A stretch of 64,000 nucleotides of DNA from Eledone cirrhosa (Eukaryota): positions 118,730,001 through 118,794,000 of the forward strand of contig OZ024744.1 in NCBI GenBank assembly GCA_964016885.1, given 5' to 3'. The notes below the pieces were generated by a model that saw only the letters and a list, made by a program, of their open reading frames with translations, was not told the DNA's origin and ran no database searches. Position numbers and translations under genes: made by a program. Positions within the stretch are counted from its first letter, which is position 1. The number at the start of each line of letters is the position of its first letter. Below are positions 49,989 through 61,714 of the stretch, one piece after another.

Positions 49989-50170
49989 GGCGGTGGATTG
50001 GCAGTATCGGTAGAGGGTCGGACGCCATGCTTTCCATCATAGTTACGTCCCTTTACGATCTGAGTTCAAATCCCGCCGAGGTTGACTTTGACTTTCACGG
50101 GGTCGATAAAATAAAGTACCAGTAATGCACTGGGTATTTGCTGGCCTTGTGCCTAAAGTAGAAACAATTA
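49989..50170 (+). mobile_element. tRNA-derived SINE family 1
   Basis: Near-identical to 41250-41437; TSD ATTATTTTATTTTAA. Confidence 0.9.
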
Positions 50171-50212
50171 TTTTATTTTAATAGAACCTATTTATATTCA
50201 ATGTTAGTTTAA

Positions 50213-50428
50213 CCCTTTCATGACCATATTTCTATTTTAATTAATTAATGAAGACTTTTGAGGGATTTACTAAAATTATTAATTATTTCATTACTAAGAT
50301 AGTAACTTAATGTAAGGTTCTTATATAAAATTATATTGGAAGATTTTAATTTAAATAGGAATCTTTTAAATGGGTGGTTTTATTTCATAGAACCAGGGGT
50401 GGTTTTGGCCAGGTTGGTAACTAAAGGG
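50213..50428. mobile_element. piggyBac-type MITE (about 216 bp)
   Basis: TTAA-CCCTTT ... AAAGGG-TTAA with no coding capacity. Confidence 0.85.
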
Positions 50429-50513
50429 TTAAATAAATATAAGAGCTAAGAGAGATAATCTATGTAAATTTTATAAAAAGCAATGCCAGAATACACACAC
50501 GCACAAACATATA

Positions 50514-50766
50514 TATTTAGTATAATTAAAATTTCATACACTTAACATGTATGTGCGACCTTAGGTTTTAGGGTCCAGTTATGGTCACCATGGTACAGCG
50601 AAGGAACCATTCTCAAACTGGCCTCTCTCGTCAGGAGCTAAGGCATAATTATGAGGAGCCAGCTTTAAAACGGCTCCTCCACTATACTGTGGTGGCCATA
50701 ACTGGACCCCAAAGCCTAAGGTCACACATACATGTTAAATGTATGAAATTTTAATTATCCTAAATA
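50514..50766. repeat. Imperfect inverted repeat with about 110-bp arms
   Basis: ATAATTAAAATTTCATACACTTAACATGTATGTGCGACCTTAGG..GGGTCCAGTTATGG is mirrored by CCATAACTGGACCC..CCTAAGGTCACACATACATGTTAAATGTATGAAATTTTAATTAT. Confidence 0.88.
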
Positions 50767-52810
50767 AGCTCTCTTGCAATAGATTCATCACCACCATCAT
50801 CATCATTTAAAATCTATCTACCATGCCAGCATGGGTTAGACGGGTTTGTCCCATTTGAGGCAAGTTTGGTCGGGTGACTGTGTCTCGATCATATAGGACT
50901 GTTTCTAGCTAGTTTTCTAGGGCTGGATGCCCTTCCCAATGCCAACCACAATTACAGTGTGTACTGGATGCTTTTTGTGTGACACCTACATGACCACTTT
51001 ACAGTGTGGGAGGATGTTCTATGGTACTAATATAACTACAGAGTAAGGGTGTTGTGGGTGGAAGTGGGAGAGATGTGTAGGGTGTGTGGGGCGTATATTG
51101 GATTAAGAGATGCCTACTGGGTGGATGTTTGAGTCTATGTGCAAGGGAAGGCAGGTTTTCTGTATTATTGCAAAACACTAAAGATCTTGATCCTGTGTCA
51201 TTGTCTTAGAGAGGTTCAAGTGTGTAAAGTCAGCTCTTATTAGCTTGTCCCAGGTCTTTCTGTGTCTACCTACTCCATTGCTTCCATCAATGTTGATCTC
51301 CATGCACTTAAGCATTATTTTCCTCGACCTTTTATCTATGGATATCCTGCATATATATATATGTGTGTGTGTGTAGCCATGTGGCCTTGTGGTAAGGGTT
51401 CGATGTTGTGGGTTTGATTCCTAGACTGGGTTGTGTGTTGTTCTTAAGCAAAACACACTTCATTTCATTTTGCCCCATTATACTCAACTGAAAATGAGTA
51501 CCAGCAATAGATGGAGGTTTAACTCTGCAATGGACAAGTATCCTGTACTTGCTTTGTACTCTTGGTTGCTTCATGCCACAAAACCAGGATAAGCACCGGC
51601 CCGACAAGTCTCTTGGCTTGAGACAAACTATAGACTTTTTATATATACTAGGATTTTTTTTAACATGCTGATCTGACTGTTTATATTATGTGTGTGCATA
51701 TATGTATGTGCATACATAAATATGTATGAGTATATAAATATAAACGTGCAAACAGACACACATTCACACAAACACACAGCATAACAAATGGAAGACCAGC
51801 TGCTATTTTGCTAAAGTATTTCCACCAACCTCTTCCTTTTACACACACATACAGTAAACATAAAGAGAGAGAAGTAGTATGAGATAGTCAAACTACTCCG
51901 CTCTCTCTAAATGTTGTGACAGAATTGCAGAAATATACACACACATAAATATGTGCTATTTCTGAAAAAAATGTTGATTCCTTCTTATACTCATCTATCT
52001 TTCTATTTCTTCTTGTCTCTGTTTCTATTTTCTGATGAAAGAGTAATATCTGAAACGTTAAGACTTGTTCCCTACTATAACAAGCATTAAACTAATATAT
52101 ATCTTCATTGTACTGTACTGTTTCCCTGATATTGTTTATTCATTTACTTCTCTCTCTCACACACACACACACCCTGTAACTCCTGGGGAAGTCGTAGCAA
52201 CACCATATTGATATATTGCATTTCCAGGGTATTTTTAAACCCGGAGGATCCCATCTCTACAGGTCTGAATACAGCAGATTTGTTCCAGAGGAGAGAGAGT
52301 GATGAAGAACTGAGAAAGAGAGAGGAAGAATCAACCCCAGTACTTGACTGCTACTTTTTTTTATCAACCTTGAATGGATGAAAGACAAAGTTGATCTGAA
52401 TACAACAGATTTGTTCCAGAGGAGGATAGAGAATGAAAGAAAGGAAGTGAGAAAGAGATATAGAGGAAGAATCAACCCTGGAACTAGAGTGGTACATTTT
52501 TTTTTATTGACCTTGAATGGATGAAAGGCAAAGTTGACATCAGCGGGGATTTGAACTCAGAGAGCGAAGAGTCAAAATGAATAAAACAAAGTATTCTATC
52601 TGACATTCTAATGACACTGCCAATTCACTCCCTTATATATTACATGAGGGTATTATTCTATCATTACCATAACAGAACTCCGACGAGCTTTTAATTCCAG
52701 AGTCAGGCCCGATTGATGAAAATCAAACCTTCAGCTGATCAATCATGAAATGCGTGTCACACCTCAAATGTAATGAAAATTTAACACCTCATCAATATCA
52801 TTATTATAAT

Positions 52811-53132
52811 ATACTAGCTGGCCAGTCCGGCTGGCGCCCGGCTAGGTATACCTGCCCCCACCACTCCACTGCAAAGATACCACACACCCTCCCGTGTCAC
52901 ATTGTCCTTCCGACTCTCTCTATTTTTCTCTCTATGTGTATATATTGAAGGGAGATACGGAAACTAAAACAGTGTTGTCATATAGAGAGTGAAGAGCGAC
53001 AGAGAGAGTAAAGCAGTTACATTATAGAGAGGGGGAATGATCTTACATACATACATATAAAGTATAGATATGTGTGTGTGTGTGTTTTGTTTTGATGTTA
53101 TCCGGCAATTGGCGAAATCAAGTGTGAAAGTA

Positions 53133-53163
<31 letters not shown>

Positions 53164-53495
53164 CTTATGTGAGTGACGACAGTAAAAGTGTGTGGGATAC
53201 ATACATTATTATATTTATCTGTATTTTCGTTCTGCAACCATTATATTATGATATTTGTATCCAAATGATTTTAGATGTATGTATTACCTGCTTTCCTGTC
53301 CCTCTGTTTCTCTTTCCCTGTCTCTCTTTCTCTCTTTAGATGTGTGTGTGTGTGTAGTTTTCCTAATCTGTCTCTCTAAGAGGGTTGCTTTTGATGTATG
53401 TATTACCTGCTTGTGTGTTGACCGAATTTGAAGGAGGTTATCCTTTTGAAATAAACATACATACGACGCTCATCTCTATGTTGATATATGATATA
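52811..53495 (+). mobile_element. HINE-like non-autonomous rolling-circle element
   Basis: Begins ATACTAGC followed by a GC-rich hairpin (CTAGCTGG..CCGGCTAG); internal microsatellites; ends in AT-rich ..GATATATGAT. Confidence 0.5.
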
Positions 53496-53533
53496 AATAA
53501 TGGGATTGATGAGTTAATATCTGTATACAACAA

Positions 53534-53830
53534 CTACAATGATACGCGATGGAGCCCACCCACAGCCCCAGCGGACAGAATGGAGAAGGCGTTTGCCCGG
53601 AGGACGACAAGGGAGACGCGCTGGAAAAGCCATTCCAACTCCTGGGGCTCACACCTGCGACTGGCCAGCTCAGCGCCTTTGGTGGTGAGTAAGGAGGTAG
53701 CCCTGGGGCCGAGGACACCAGAAGTCTCCACTGCCAAGGGTACAACCGCAAACCTGTCGGAGAGCGACTGGTATTTGAGAAGTTTGACAGAGACCGCTGG
53801 AGAGAACTCGTCCATGGATCTCAGGAATTT
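53534..53830 (-). mobile_element. CRE-like RLE non-LTR retrotransposon 3' fragment
   Basis: KYQSLSDRFAVVPLAVETSGVLGPRA...LEWLFQRVSLVVLRANAFSIL fits the KY..P.AVET.G..G..QR.S....RGNA signature. Confidence 0.78.
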
Positions 53831-53869
53831 TACCCGCCCTAGATATAGACATACCTATATACATATACA

Positions 53870-56320
53870 TACATCATCATCATCATCATCGTTTAACGTC
53901 AACTTTCCACGCTAGCATGGGTTTAGACGGTAATTGTCCCACTTGAGGCAAGATTGATCGTCTCGCCTCGTATAGGACTGTCTGGCAGGTTTTCTACGGT
54001 TGGATGCCCTTCCTAACACCAACCACGTTTACAGTGTGGACTGTTTTTTTTGTTGTGACACCTACACAACCTCATTTATTTAGGACTGGATGTTGTGGTA
54101 CCAACATAACTTTACAGAGAAAGGGGTGGTAGTGGTGGGAGTGGGGGTGGGGGAGTGGGAGGGGTGTATATTTGATTAAGAGGTGCCTACTGACTGTAGG
54201 TTTCGCTTTGTACTTAGGCAAGGCACGTTTTCTGTATTACTGCATGGCACCAACGATCTCGGCCCTGTGACATTGTCTTAGAGAGGTGCAAGTGTGTAAG
54301 GTCGGAATTTATCAAATCGTCCCAGGTTTTTCTGGGTCTGCCTACTCCGTAACTTCCGTCAATTTTGATCGCCCTGCACTTTTTTTATACAGCTGTCGTC
54401 TTTCATGCGCATCACGTGACCATACCAACGTAGTCTTCTCTCAAGTAAACAACATCTGATCCCTCTTATTCCTAATTTCTCACTAATTTTTCCCTTAGTT
54501 CATTTATGCTTTGCCGTTCACGTATATTACTATTATACATCCAGCGGAGCATGCAAGCTTCGTTCCTCTCCAGTCTGCATATATCTTCTGCACACAATGC
54601 CCATGTCTCACTGCCATGTAACATAGTTGATCGTATGCAGGCATCATACAATCTGCCTTTCATTTTTAGAGAGAAACCTTTAGTGGCCAATAGTGGTGTA
54701 AGCTCTCTGAACTTTTTCCATCCTGTTCTGACTCTGGCTACTGTACTTTCGGAGTTCTCCACCACTGCTGATTTTGTCACCCAGGTAACGGAAGGTGTCC
54801 ACTATTTCTGTAGAGCCATCTGGGCAATAGAAGGAGCTAGTGTCCTGTGGGCACTTGCTACTTATTGCACCTGAGCATTGGCCACATATAAAATCTACGT
54901 TCTTAGATAGCTTACCTGTGATCCCACTACATCTTTTATGCACCCATACTTTGCATTTGGGACATAAAATGGAATTTCTGCCTACTTCTTTCCTACACAC
55001 TGAGCTTGGCCATTTCCCAGCGGGGACCTGTGCCGTATTTTCCTTCCTACATACTAGAATACTAGAACTTTAGTCTTAGACAAGTTAACTTTAAGGCCTT
55101 TTGATTCTAGGCCATGCTTCCATGTTTGGAATTTCTTCTCTAGTTCAGCTATGAGCATTAGATCATCTGCGTATAGAAGTTCCCATGGGCAGCCGGTCTT
55201 GAACTCCTCTGTTATAGCCTGAAGGGTAATAATAAATAGTAGGGGGCTAAGAACGGAGCCCTGATGAACACCAACTTTTACGCTAAACTCTTCACTATAT
55301 TCGTTAATTCTAACCTGGCTGACTTTCTTTATACATGGCTTGTATAGCTCCCACAAGCCATTCATCAACACCTAGTCTTCTAAGGGCCCACCAGATTATG
55401 GTGCGGGGGACTGACAAATGCTTTCTCCAAGTCAACAAAAGCTAAGTATAGGGGTTTACTTTTAGCTAGGTACTTCTCCTTTAGTTGTCGTACAAGGAAA
55501 GGGCGTCTGTGGTATTTTTACCTGACACAAGCCCAAACTGCATTTCGTCTAGATCAATTTGCTCTCTGATTAGTTGCGCTATAACTTTTTCTGTGACTTT
55601 CATGACCTGGTCAATTAATTTAATGCCTCTATAGTTTCCTCTATCTAGTGCATCTCCTTTACCCTTATAGCAGTTAATGATGGTGCTGCTACGCCAGTCA
55701 TGTGGTATGACCCCGTTCTCTATGACTTGTTTTACTATCTGGGTGACCATAGTGTGTACCACAGTTCCATTTCAGCAACTATCTCCCAAGGCCCAGCTGC
55801 CTTGCCTGTCTTCATATCTTTGATTGGTTTACTTATTATAATACCTTCAACTTGCACTGCTGGTCCCTCTATTGGATCGATGTGGGGCAGACTATCTTTG
55901 TCCCATTTATTCCACTCATTTAGTAGCCTTTCGTAGTGACACTTCCAAGCTACATTCTTATCAGCGTCAGTGATGGCAAGTACACCATCATCATTACGGA
56001 CACACTTCTCCCCGACAATATCACGGTTTTCCTTGACACATTGCCTAGCAATCCTGAACACCTCACGTTTTTGGTCCTCGCGTTTTAGAACATGCATGAA
56101 CTTTCTTTCCTCTGCTTCCTTTCTTGCAAAGTACACTTGTCTCTTAGCTTCCCTCCTGGCCACTTGATTGTGTTCTCTACTTTCCAAGCCTGCTTTTTGG
56201 CCTTGATTGACTCCTCCACCTTACTGTTCCACCACCAAGGTACTCTCTTCCTGACTATAGGTCTGCTCCAGCCATAGATTTCATCTGTCGCCTTCAGCAG
56301 GTTAACTTTCAGGAATTCCC
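53870..56320 (-). mobile_element. 5'-truncated, frameshifted RTE LINE (subfamily A-like)
   Basis: ORF pieces 55735-56187, 55481-55762, 55054-55371, 54680-55000 and 54472-54780; (ATG)n tail at about 53872-53890; TA/TACA repeats on both flanks. Confidence 0.93.
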
Positions 56321-56440
56321 ATACATATATATATGTACATATAAGTATACACACATATATATACATACAAGTATACACACATAATATGTATCTATATACA
56401 CATATATATATATACATATACATATACATATACATATATG

Positions 56441-57040
56441 TGGCTGCCAACTCGTTTTCGAGTACGGCCACTACTTTATATCCATGTAGGAGAACCCCTA
56501 CCGATGCGCTGAACGAGTGACTTTTTAGTCCAGTCAGCGACTTGAAAACTCTGGTACAAACACTACACCTGTGACAATTATTGACACATAGTGCTGGGCC
56601 CATGGTACCATGTGACGACAAGTGCAGAGAGATCTCCAGATATAAAGCAATGCCTGTGCCGTGAAGCTTTTATAGTGAGCAAAGGCACTGCACAAAGCCA
56701 GTCCCACTCTCTTAACCAAGATGATATTTACCAAAAAGAACAAGTCAACATCATTGGATACCATCAGGGTTGCAGGTGTTATATCAGAATTTTCCTTCTC
56801 CTAGAATTCTGCCTTGACAAAGGCTAAGGGGTCATCTCTCCCGGTGATTTTGGATGGCCATTGACTCTTAAGAGCTCCTTTGCCCTTTGACAGGTTTTGT
56901 TTTTAGTCCTGCAGGATGACCAAAGTCACCCTCCTCACGAAGAAAACTTGGTGGGGTTGCCAGTTTAGTCGCCAACGACCCGACCATGAGACAGGTTGTA
57001 CTGGGATACATGTTACCAGTAGCACCAACTGGTGATCTGA
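56441..57040 (-). mobile_element. Bipartite non-autonomous RTE derivative (5'UTR joined to extreme 3' end)
   Basis: RTE-type 5'UTR (GGCGACTAAAC..GAGGAGGG..CTAGGAGAAGGAAAA..TGA) joined to a C2H2-like remnant CSVCTRVFKSLTGLKSH and terminus CTCGAAAACGAGTTGGCAGCCA(TA)n. Related copy at 60354-60945. Confidence 0.65.
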
Positions 57041-57046
57041 CATATA

Positions 57047-59875
57047 TATCATCATCATCGTTTAACGTCCATGTTCCACGCTTGCATGGGTTTGGACGGG
57101 AGTTTTCCCACTTGAGGCAAGAGTGGTTGTCATTGCTCGCATAGGACTGTCTGGCGGGTTTTCTACAGCTAGATGCCCTTCCTAACACCAACCACATTTA
57201 CAGTGTGGGGCTGGGAGGTTTTTTACTGTGTTGCCTACACGGCCACATTACAGCGTGGACTGTGTGTTTTTTTTGTCGTGACACCTACACGATCTCATTT
57301 GTTTCGGCCTGGATGTTGTGGCACCAACATAACTTTACATTGAAAGAGGCAGTGTGGATGGGGTGGGGGTGGTGGGACGGGGGTGTATTTCGTTAGAGAT
57401 GCCTACTGACTGTAGTAGGTTTTACTTTGTATTTAGGTAAGGCGGGTCTTCTCTATTACTGAGTACCGCCAACGGTCTCGGTCCAGTGACATTGTCTTGG
57501 AGAGGTGTAAGTGTGTGAGGTCGGAATTTATCAGCTCGTCCCACGTTCTTCTGGGTCTGCCTACTCCGTGGCTACCGTCTATCTTTATTGCCCTGCACTT
57601 TGTTATACAGCTGTCGTCTTTCATGCGCATCACGTGACCATACCAACGTAGTCTTCTCTCGACTAAACAACATCTGATCCCTCTTATTTCTAATTTTTTC
57701 CTTAGTTCGTTTATGCTTTGCCGTTCACGTATATTACTATTATACATCCAACGGAGCATGCAAGCTTCGTTCCTCTCTAGTCTGCGTATATCCTCTGCAG
57801 ACAATGCCCAGGTCACTGCCATGCAACATTGCTGTTCGTATGCAGGCATCATACAGCCTGCCTTTCATTTTTAGGGAGAACCCTTTAGCGGCTAATAGTG
57901 GTATAAGCTCTCTGAACTTTTTCCATCCAGTTCTGACTCTAGCTACTGTACTTTCAGAGCACCCTCCCCCACTGCTGATTTTGTCACCCAGGTAACGGAA
58001 GCTGTCCACTATTTCTATAGAACCCTCTGAGCAATTGAAAGAGCTAGTATTTTGTGGGCACTTGCTGCTACTTATTGCACCAGAGCATCGGCCACATGTA
58101 AAATCTATGTTCTTAGTTAGCTTACCTGTGATCCCACTACATCTTTTATGCACCCATACTTTGCATTTGGGACATAAAATGGAGTTTCTACCTACGCCTT
58201 TCCTACACACTGAGCATGGCCATTTCCTGGAAAGGACCGGCACCTTATTTTCTTTCCTACAAACTAGAACTTTAGTCTTAGCCAGGTTAATTTTAAGGCC
58301 TTTTGATTCTAGGCCGTGCTTCCATGTTTGGAATTTCTTCTCTAGCTCGGCCATTGATTCAGCTATGAGCGTTAGATCATCTGCGTATAGGAGTTCCCAT
58401 GGGCAGCCGGTCTTGAACTCCTCTGTTATAGCCTGAAGGGCAATAATAAATAGTAGAGGGCTAAGAACAGAGCCCTGATGGACACCAACTTTTACGCTAA
58501 ACTCTTCACTATATTCGTTGTTAATTCTAACCTTGCTGACTGTTTCTTTATACATGGCTTGTATAGCTCTCACAAGCCATTTGTCAACACCTACTTTTCT
58601 AAGAGCCCACCAGATAATGGAACGGGGGACTCTGTCGAAGGCTTTCTCCAAGTCGACAAAAGCTAAATATAGGGGTTTACTTTTAGCTAGGTACTTCTCC
58701 TGTAGTTGTCGTACAATGAAAAGAGCATCTGTGGTACTTTTGCCTGACACAAACCCGAACTGCATTTCATCTAGATCAATTCTCTCTCTGATTAGTTGCG
58801 CTATTACTTTTTCCATGACCTTCATGACCTGGTCGATTAATTTAATGCCTCTATAGTTACTCCTATCTAGGGCGTCTCCTTTACCCTTGTAACAGTTAAC
58901 GATGATGCTGCTACGCCAGTCCTTCGGAACAACCCCATTCTGTATGACTTGGTTTACTATCCGGGTGACCATGGTGTGTCCCACCGTTCCAGAGGCTTTC
59001 AGCATCTCAGCAACTATTTCCGAAGGCCCAGCCGCCTTACCCGTCTTCATATCTTTGATTGCCTTACTTATTATACTACCTTCGACTAACACTGCTAGTC
59101 CCTCTATTGGGTCGATGTGGGGGAGACTGTCTTTCTCCCATTTATTCCACTCATTTAGTAGCCTTTCGTAGTGACACTTCCAAGCTACCTTCTTATCAGC
59201 ATCAGTGATGGCAAGTACGCCATCATCGTTAAGTACACACTTCTCCCCGACAATATCACGGTTCTCCTTGACACATTGCCTAGCAATCCTGAACACCTCA
59301 CGTTTTTGGTCCTCGCGTTGTAGAACATGCTTGAACTTTCTTTCCTCTGCTTCCCTTCTTGCAAAGTACACTTGTCTCCTAGCTTCCCTCCTGGCCACTT
59401 GATAGTCTTCTCTACTTCCCCCATCCCGCCATGCTTTCCAAGCCTGCTTTTTGGCCTTGATTGACCCCTCCACCTTACTGTTCCACCACCATGTTACTCT
59501 CCTCCTGCCTATAGGCCTGCTCCAGCCACAGACTTCGTCTGCCGCCATCAGGTTTGCTTTCAGGAATTCCCACTGTTCCTCTACATTGTACGACTCTAAT
59601 TGTTCTTCCTTACTGTCGAAAACATCAAGTAATATGCTTTGAAATTTATTTCTGGCTGTGGGATCCTTTAGCTTCCATATTTTTCTCCTGAGGATAGTCC
59701 TCTTCTGCTGTCTAGTACGTCTCGTCCTGACTATGAGGTCGCTAATTATCTGTCTATGTTGGGAGGTGCATTCTTCATGGGGGAGGGATTTAGTGTTTAC
59801 AACAGACACTCTGTCACGTCTTCTGTTAAGGATATAATCTACCTGGCTGGTATGTTCCCCTGATCTGTAGGTGAT

Positions 59876-59877
<2 letters not shown>
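57047..59877 (-). mobile_element. 5'-truncated RTE LINE (subfamily A) with one frameshift near 57812
   Basis: ORFs 57740-59914 and 57433-57852 are near-identical to 25891-29136; same 3'UTR; the 5' end abuts (TA)n. Confidence 0.96.
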
Positions 59878-59915
<38 letters not shown>

Positions 59916-60233
59916 CATATGTGATAACTTTGCCATACAGTATTTATATATGCCTAATACCTTTGCTTGTTTCCTTCTCATATATCACTAACGCATGTGC
60001 ACTCTCTACGCGCTTGAATATGTATTGCTAGTGTCCTCATTCTTTCTCAATGCCTCTTTAATTATTAGACTATTCTCTTGTATTATCTGTTGCATGTTTG
60101 TACAATTCTCGTAAAATATATGTTGCATCCATTCCACCCTGTAAATACTAAACTGTTGCTCACAACATCAATATATATGTATCTATATGATTGTTCAGTT
60201 GAATAGGAGGTTAATTATATGTACAAACATTGA

Positions 60234-60287
60234 TAATGCTCCGATGACTCTAAACGAAAGTTTGGTAGAAACGATTGTCAGCTATTA
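60234..60287 (+). ncRNA. Hammerhead-like motif with a variant core
   Basis: TAATGCT CCGATGA CTCTAAAC-GAAA-GTTTGGTA GAAAC GATT GTC AGCTATTA. The core reads CCGAUGA instead of CUGAUGA. Confidence 0.5.
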
Positions 60288-60353
60288 AATGATTTGAACA
60301 TAACTTTGATAATTGTGTATTTTATATTTTATATATATACACATATATATATG

Positions 60354-60945
60354 ATGGCTGCCCCCTCGTTATCGAGTATGGCCATTGCACGATATACCCT
60401 TATTAATAATTATCAATTAATTCTATCGTGCAATGCCTGTGCGGGAAGATATTTTTAAAAGTGAGGAAAGACTGTGCACTGAGCCAATCCCACTCCCTGA
60501 GTGACAGTAGCTATAACCCAAAAAGAAGAAAAGATCAACATCATCGGTAACTACTGAGCCGCAAGTTTTATGTCGCAGTTATCCCAGTTTCCTGAGATGC
60601 CTTCTCCTAGAAGAATGCCCTGACAAGGGCTAGGGGTTCTTCACTCCCAGTGATTTAACCACGCGATCGGGTATCCAGCCCGATTATTTCTATGTCTCTG
60701 TGCATATACATACACATGCATATACATATATACATGTACACACATATGTACATGTGTATATACATATTTTACACATTTTTGGATGGCCGTTGACTCACGA
60801 GTTCTTTCACCCTTTGTCAGGTTTTGTTTTTTGTCTTGCATGGTTTCCAAAATCACCCTCCTCACCAAGTAAACTTGCTGGGTTTGCCGGTTTAGTCGCC
60901 GACGACCTGACCATGCGGCATGTTAACAGTAGCACTCAAGAGTGA
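60354..60945 (-). mobile_element. Second bipartite RTE-derived non-autonomous element, interrupted by a TA/CA microsatellite
   Basis: Homologous to 56441-57040 (TGGCTGCC..CTCGTT.TCGAGTA.GGCCA; TCACCCTCCTCAC..AAACTTG.TGGG.TTGCC.GTTTAGTCGCC.ACGACC). Confidence 0.65.
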
Positions 60946-61109
60946 CAAGACATTCATACACATATATATACATTTATATATCTATACATACATATATATC
61001 ATCATCATCATCATTTTACGTCCGCTTTTAGGGGTTATTATTAGGGTGGAAGAAAATTTAAGGAAAGATTTTAAGAAAAAAATATTAAAGCTACTAACAA
61101 TATTTATAG

Positions 61110-61448
61110 GAATCATCATCATCATTTTACGTCCACTTTTCCCCGCTTGCAAGGGTGGGACGGGAACTGATTCTGGCTCGATTTCTACAGCTGGATGCCC
61201 TTCCTAACACCAACCTCATTTACAGTGAGTGATGGGTGCTTTTTTGCCGTGGCGCCTACACGTCCACTTTACAGTAGAATGATATGGACCCCAGTCTCTA
61301 TCATCTCATTTCTACAGCTGAGTAAACTGGAGCAATGTGAAATAAAGTGTCTTGCTCAAGGAAACAACACATCACCCGGTCTGAGAATTGAACTCACAAC
61401 CTTTCGATTGCAAGGCCAATGCTCTAACCACTAAGCCATGTGCCTCCA
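61110..61448 (-). mobile_element. tRNA-derived SINE family 2 with an RTE tail
   Basis: Reverse complement of 47160-47467, with an (ATG)n tail. Confidence 0.88.
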
Positions 61449-61714
61449 GGAATGTACGTATATAATTGTCTGGAACGTATTTGTAAGTGTGTAGAGAGAA
61501 TGAAATAATTATATTTATTTTTATTTATTTAACTATTTAATTATATATTTTGGAAGTATTTACAATATAACATGTGAATTATAAATAATTGTGTTAAAGT
61601 GAGAGAATATTAATTTCAAATGTCAAAGGTATCTTATATTTATATATACGATTGGGTCCATTCTACTGGTGTGTTTTAATATTATGAAGATCGCAGTTAT
61701 ACGTATATTTTATA

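Noticed and set aside
52675-52762. Hammerhead with extended stem II (CCGACGA ... GAAAT GCGT GTC)
   Set aside because: Several core deviations and no closing stem I; too degenerate to support.
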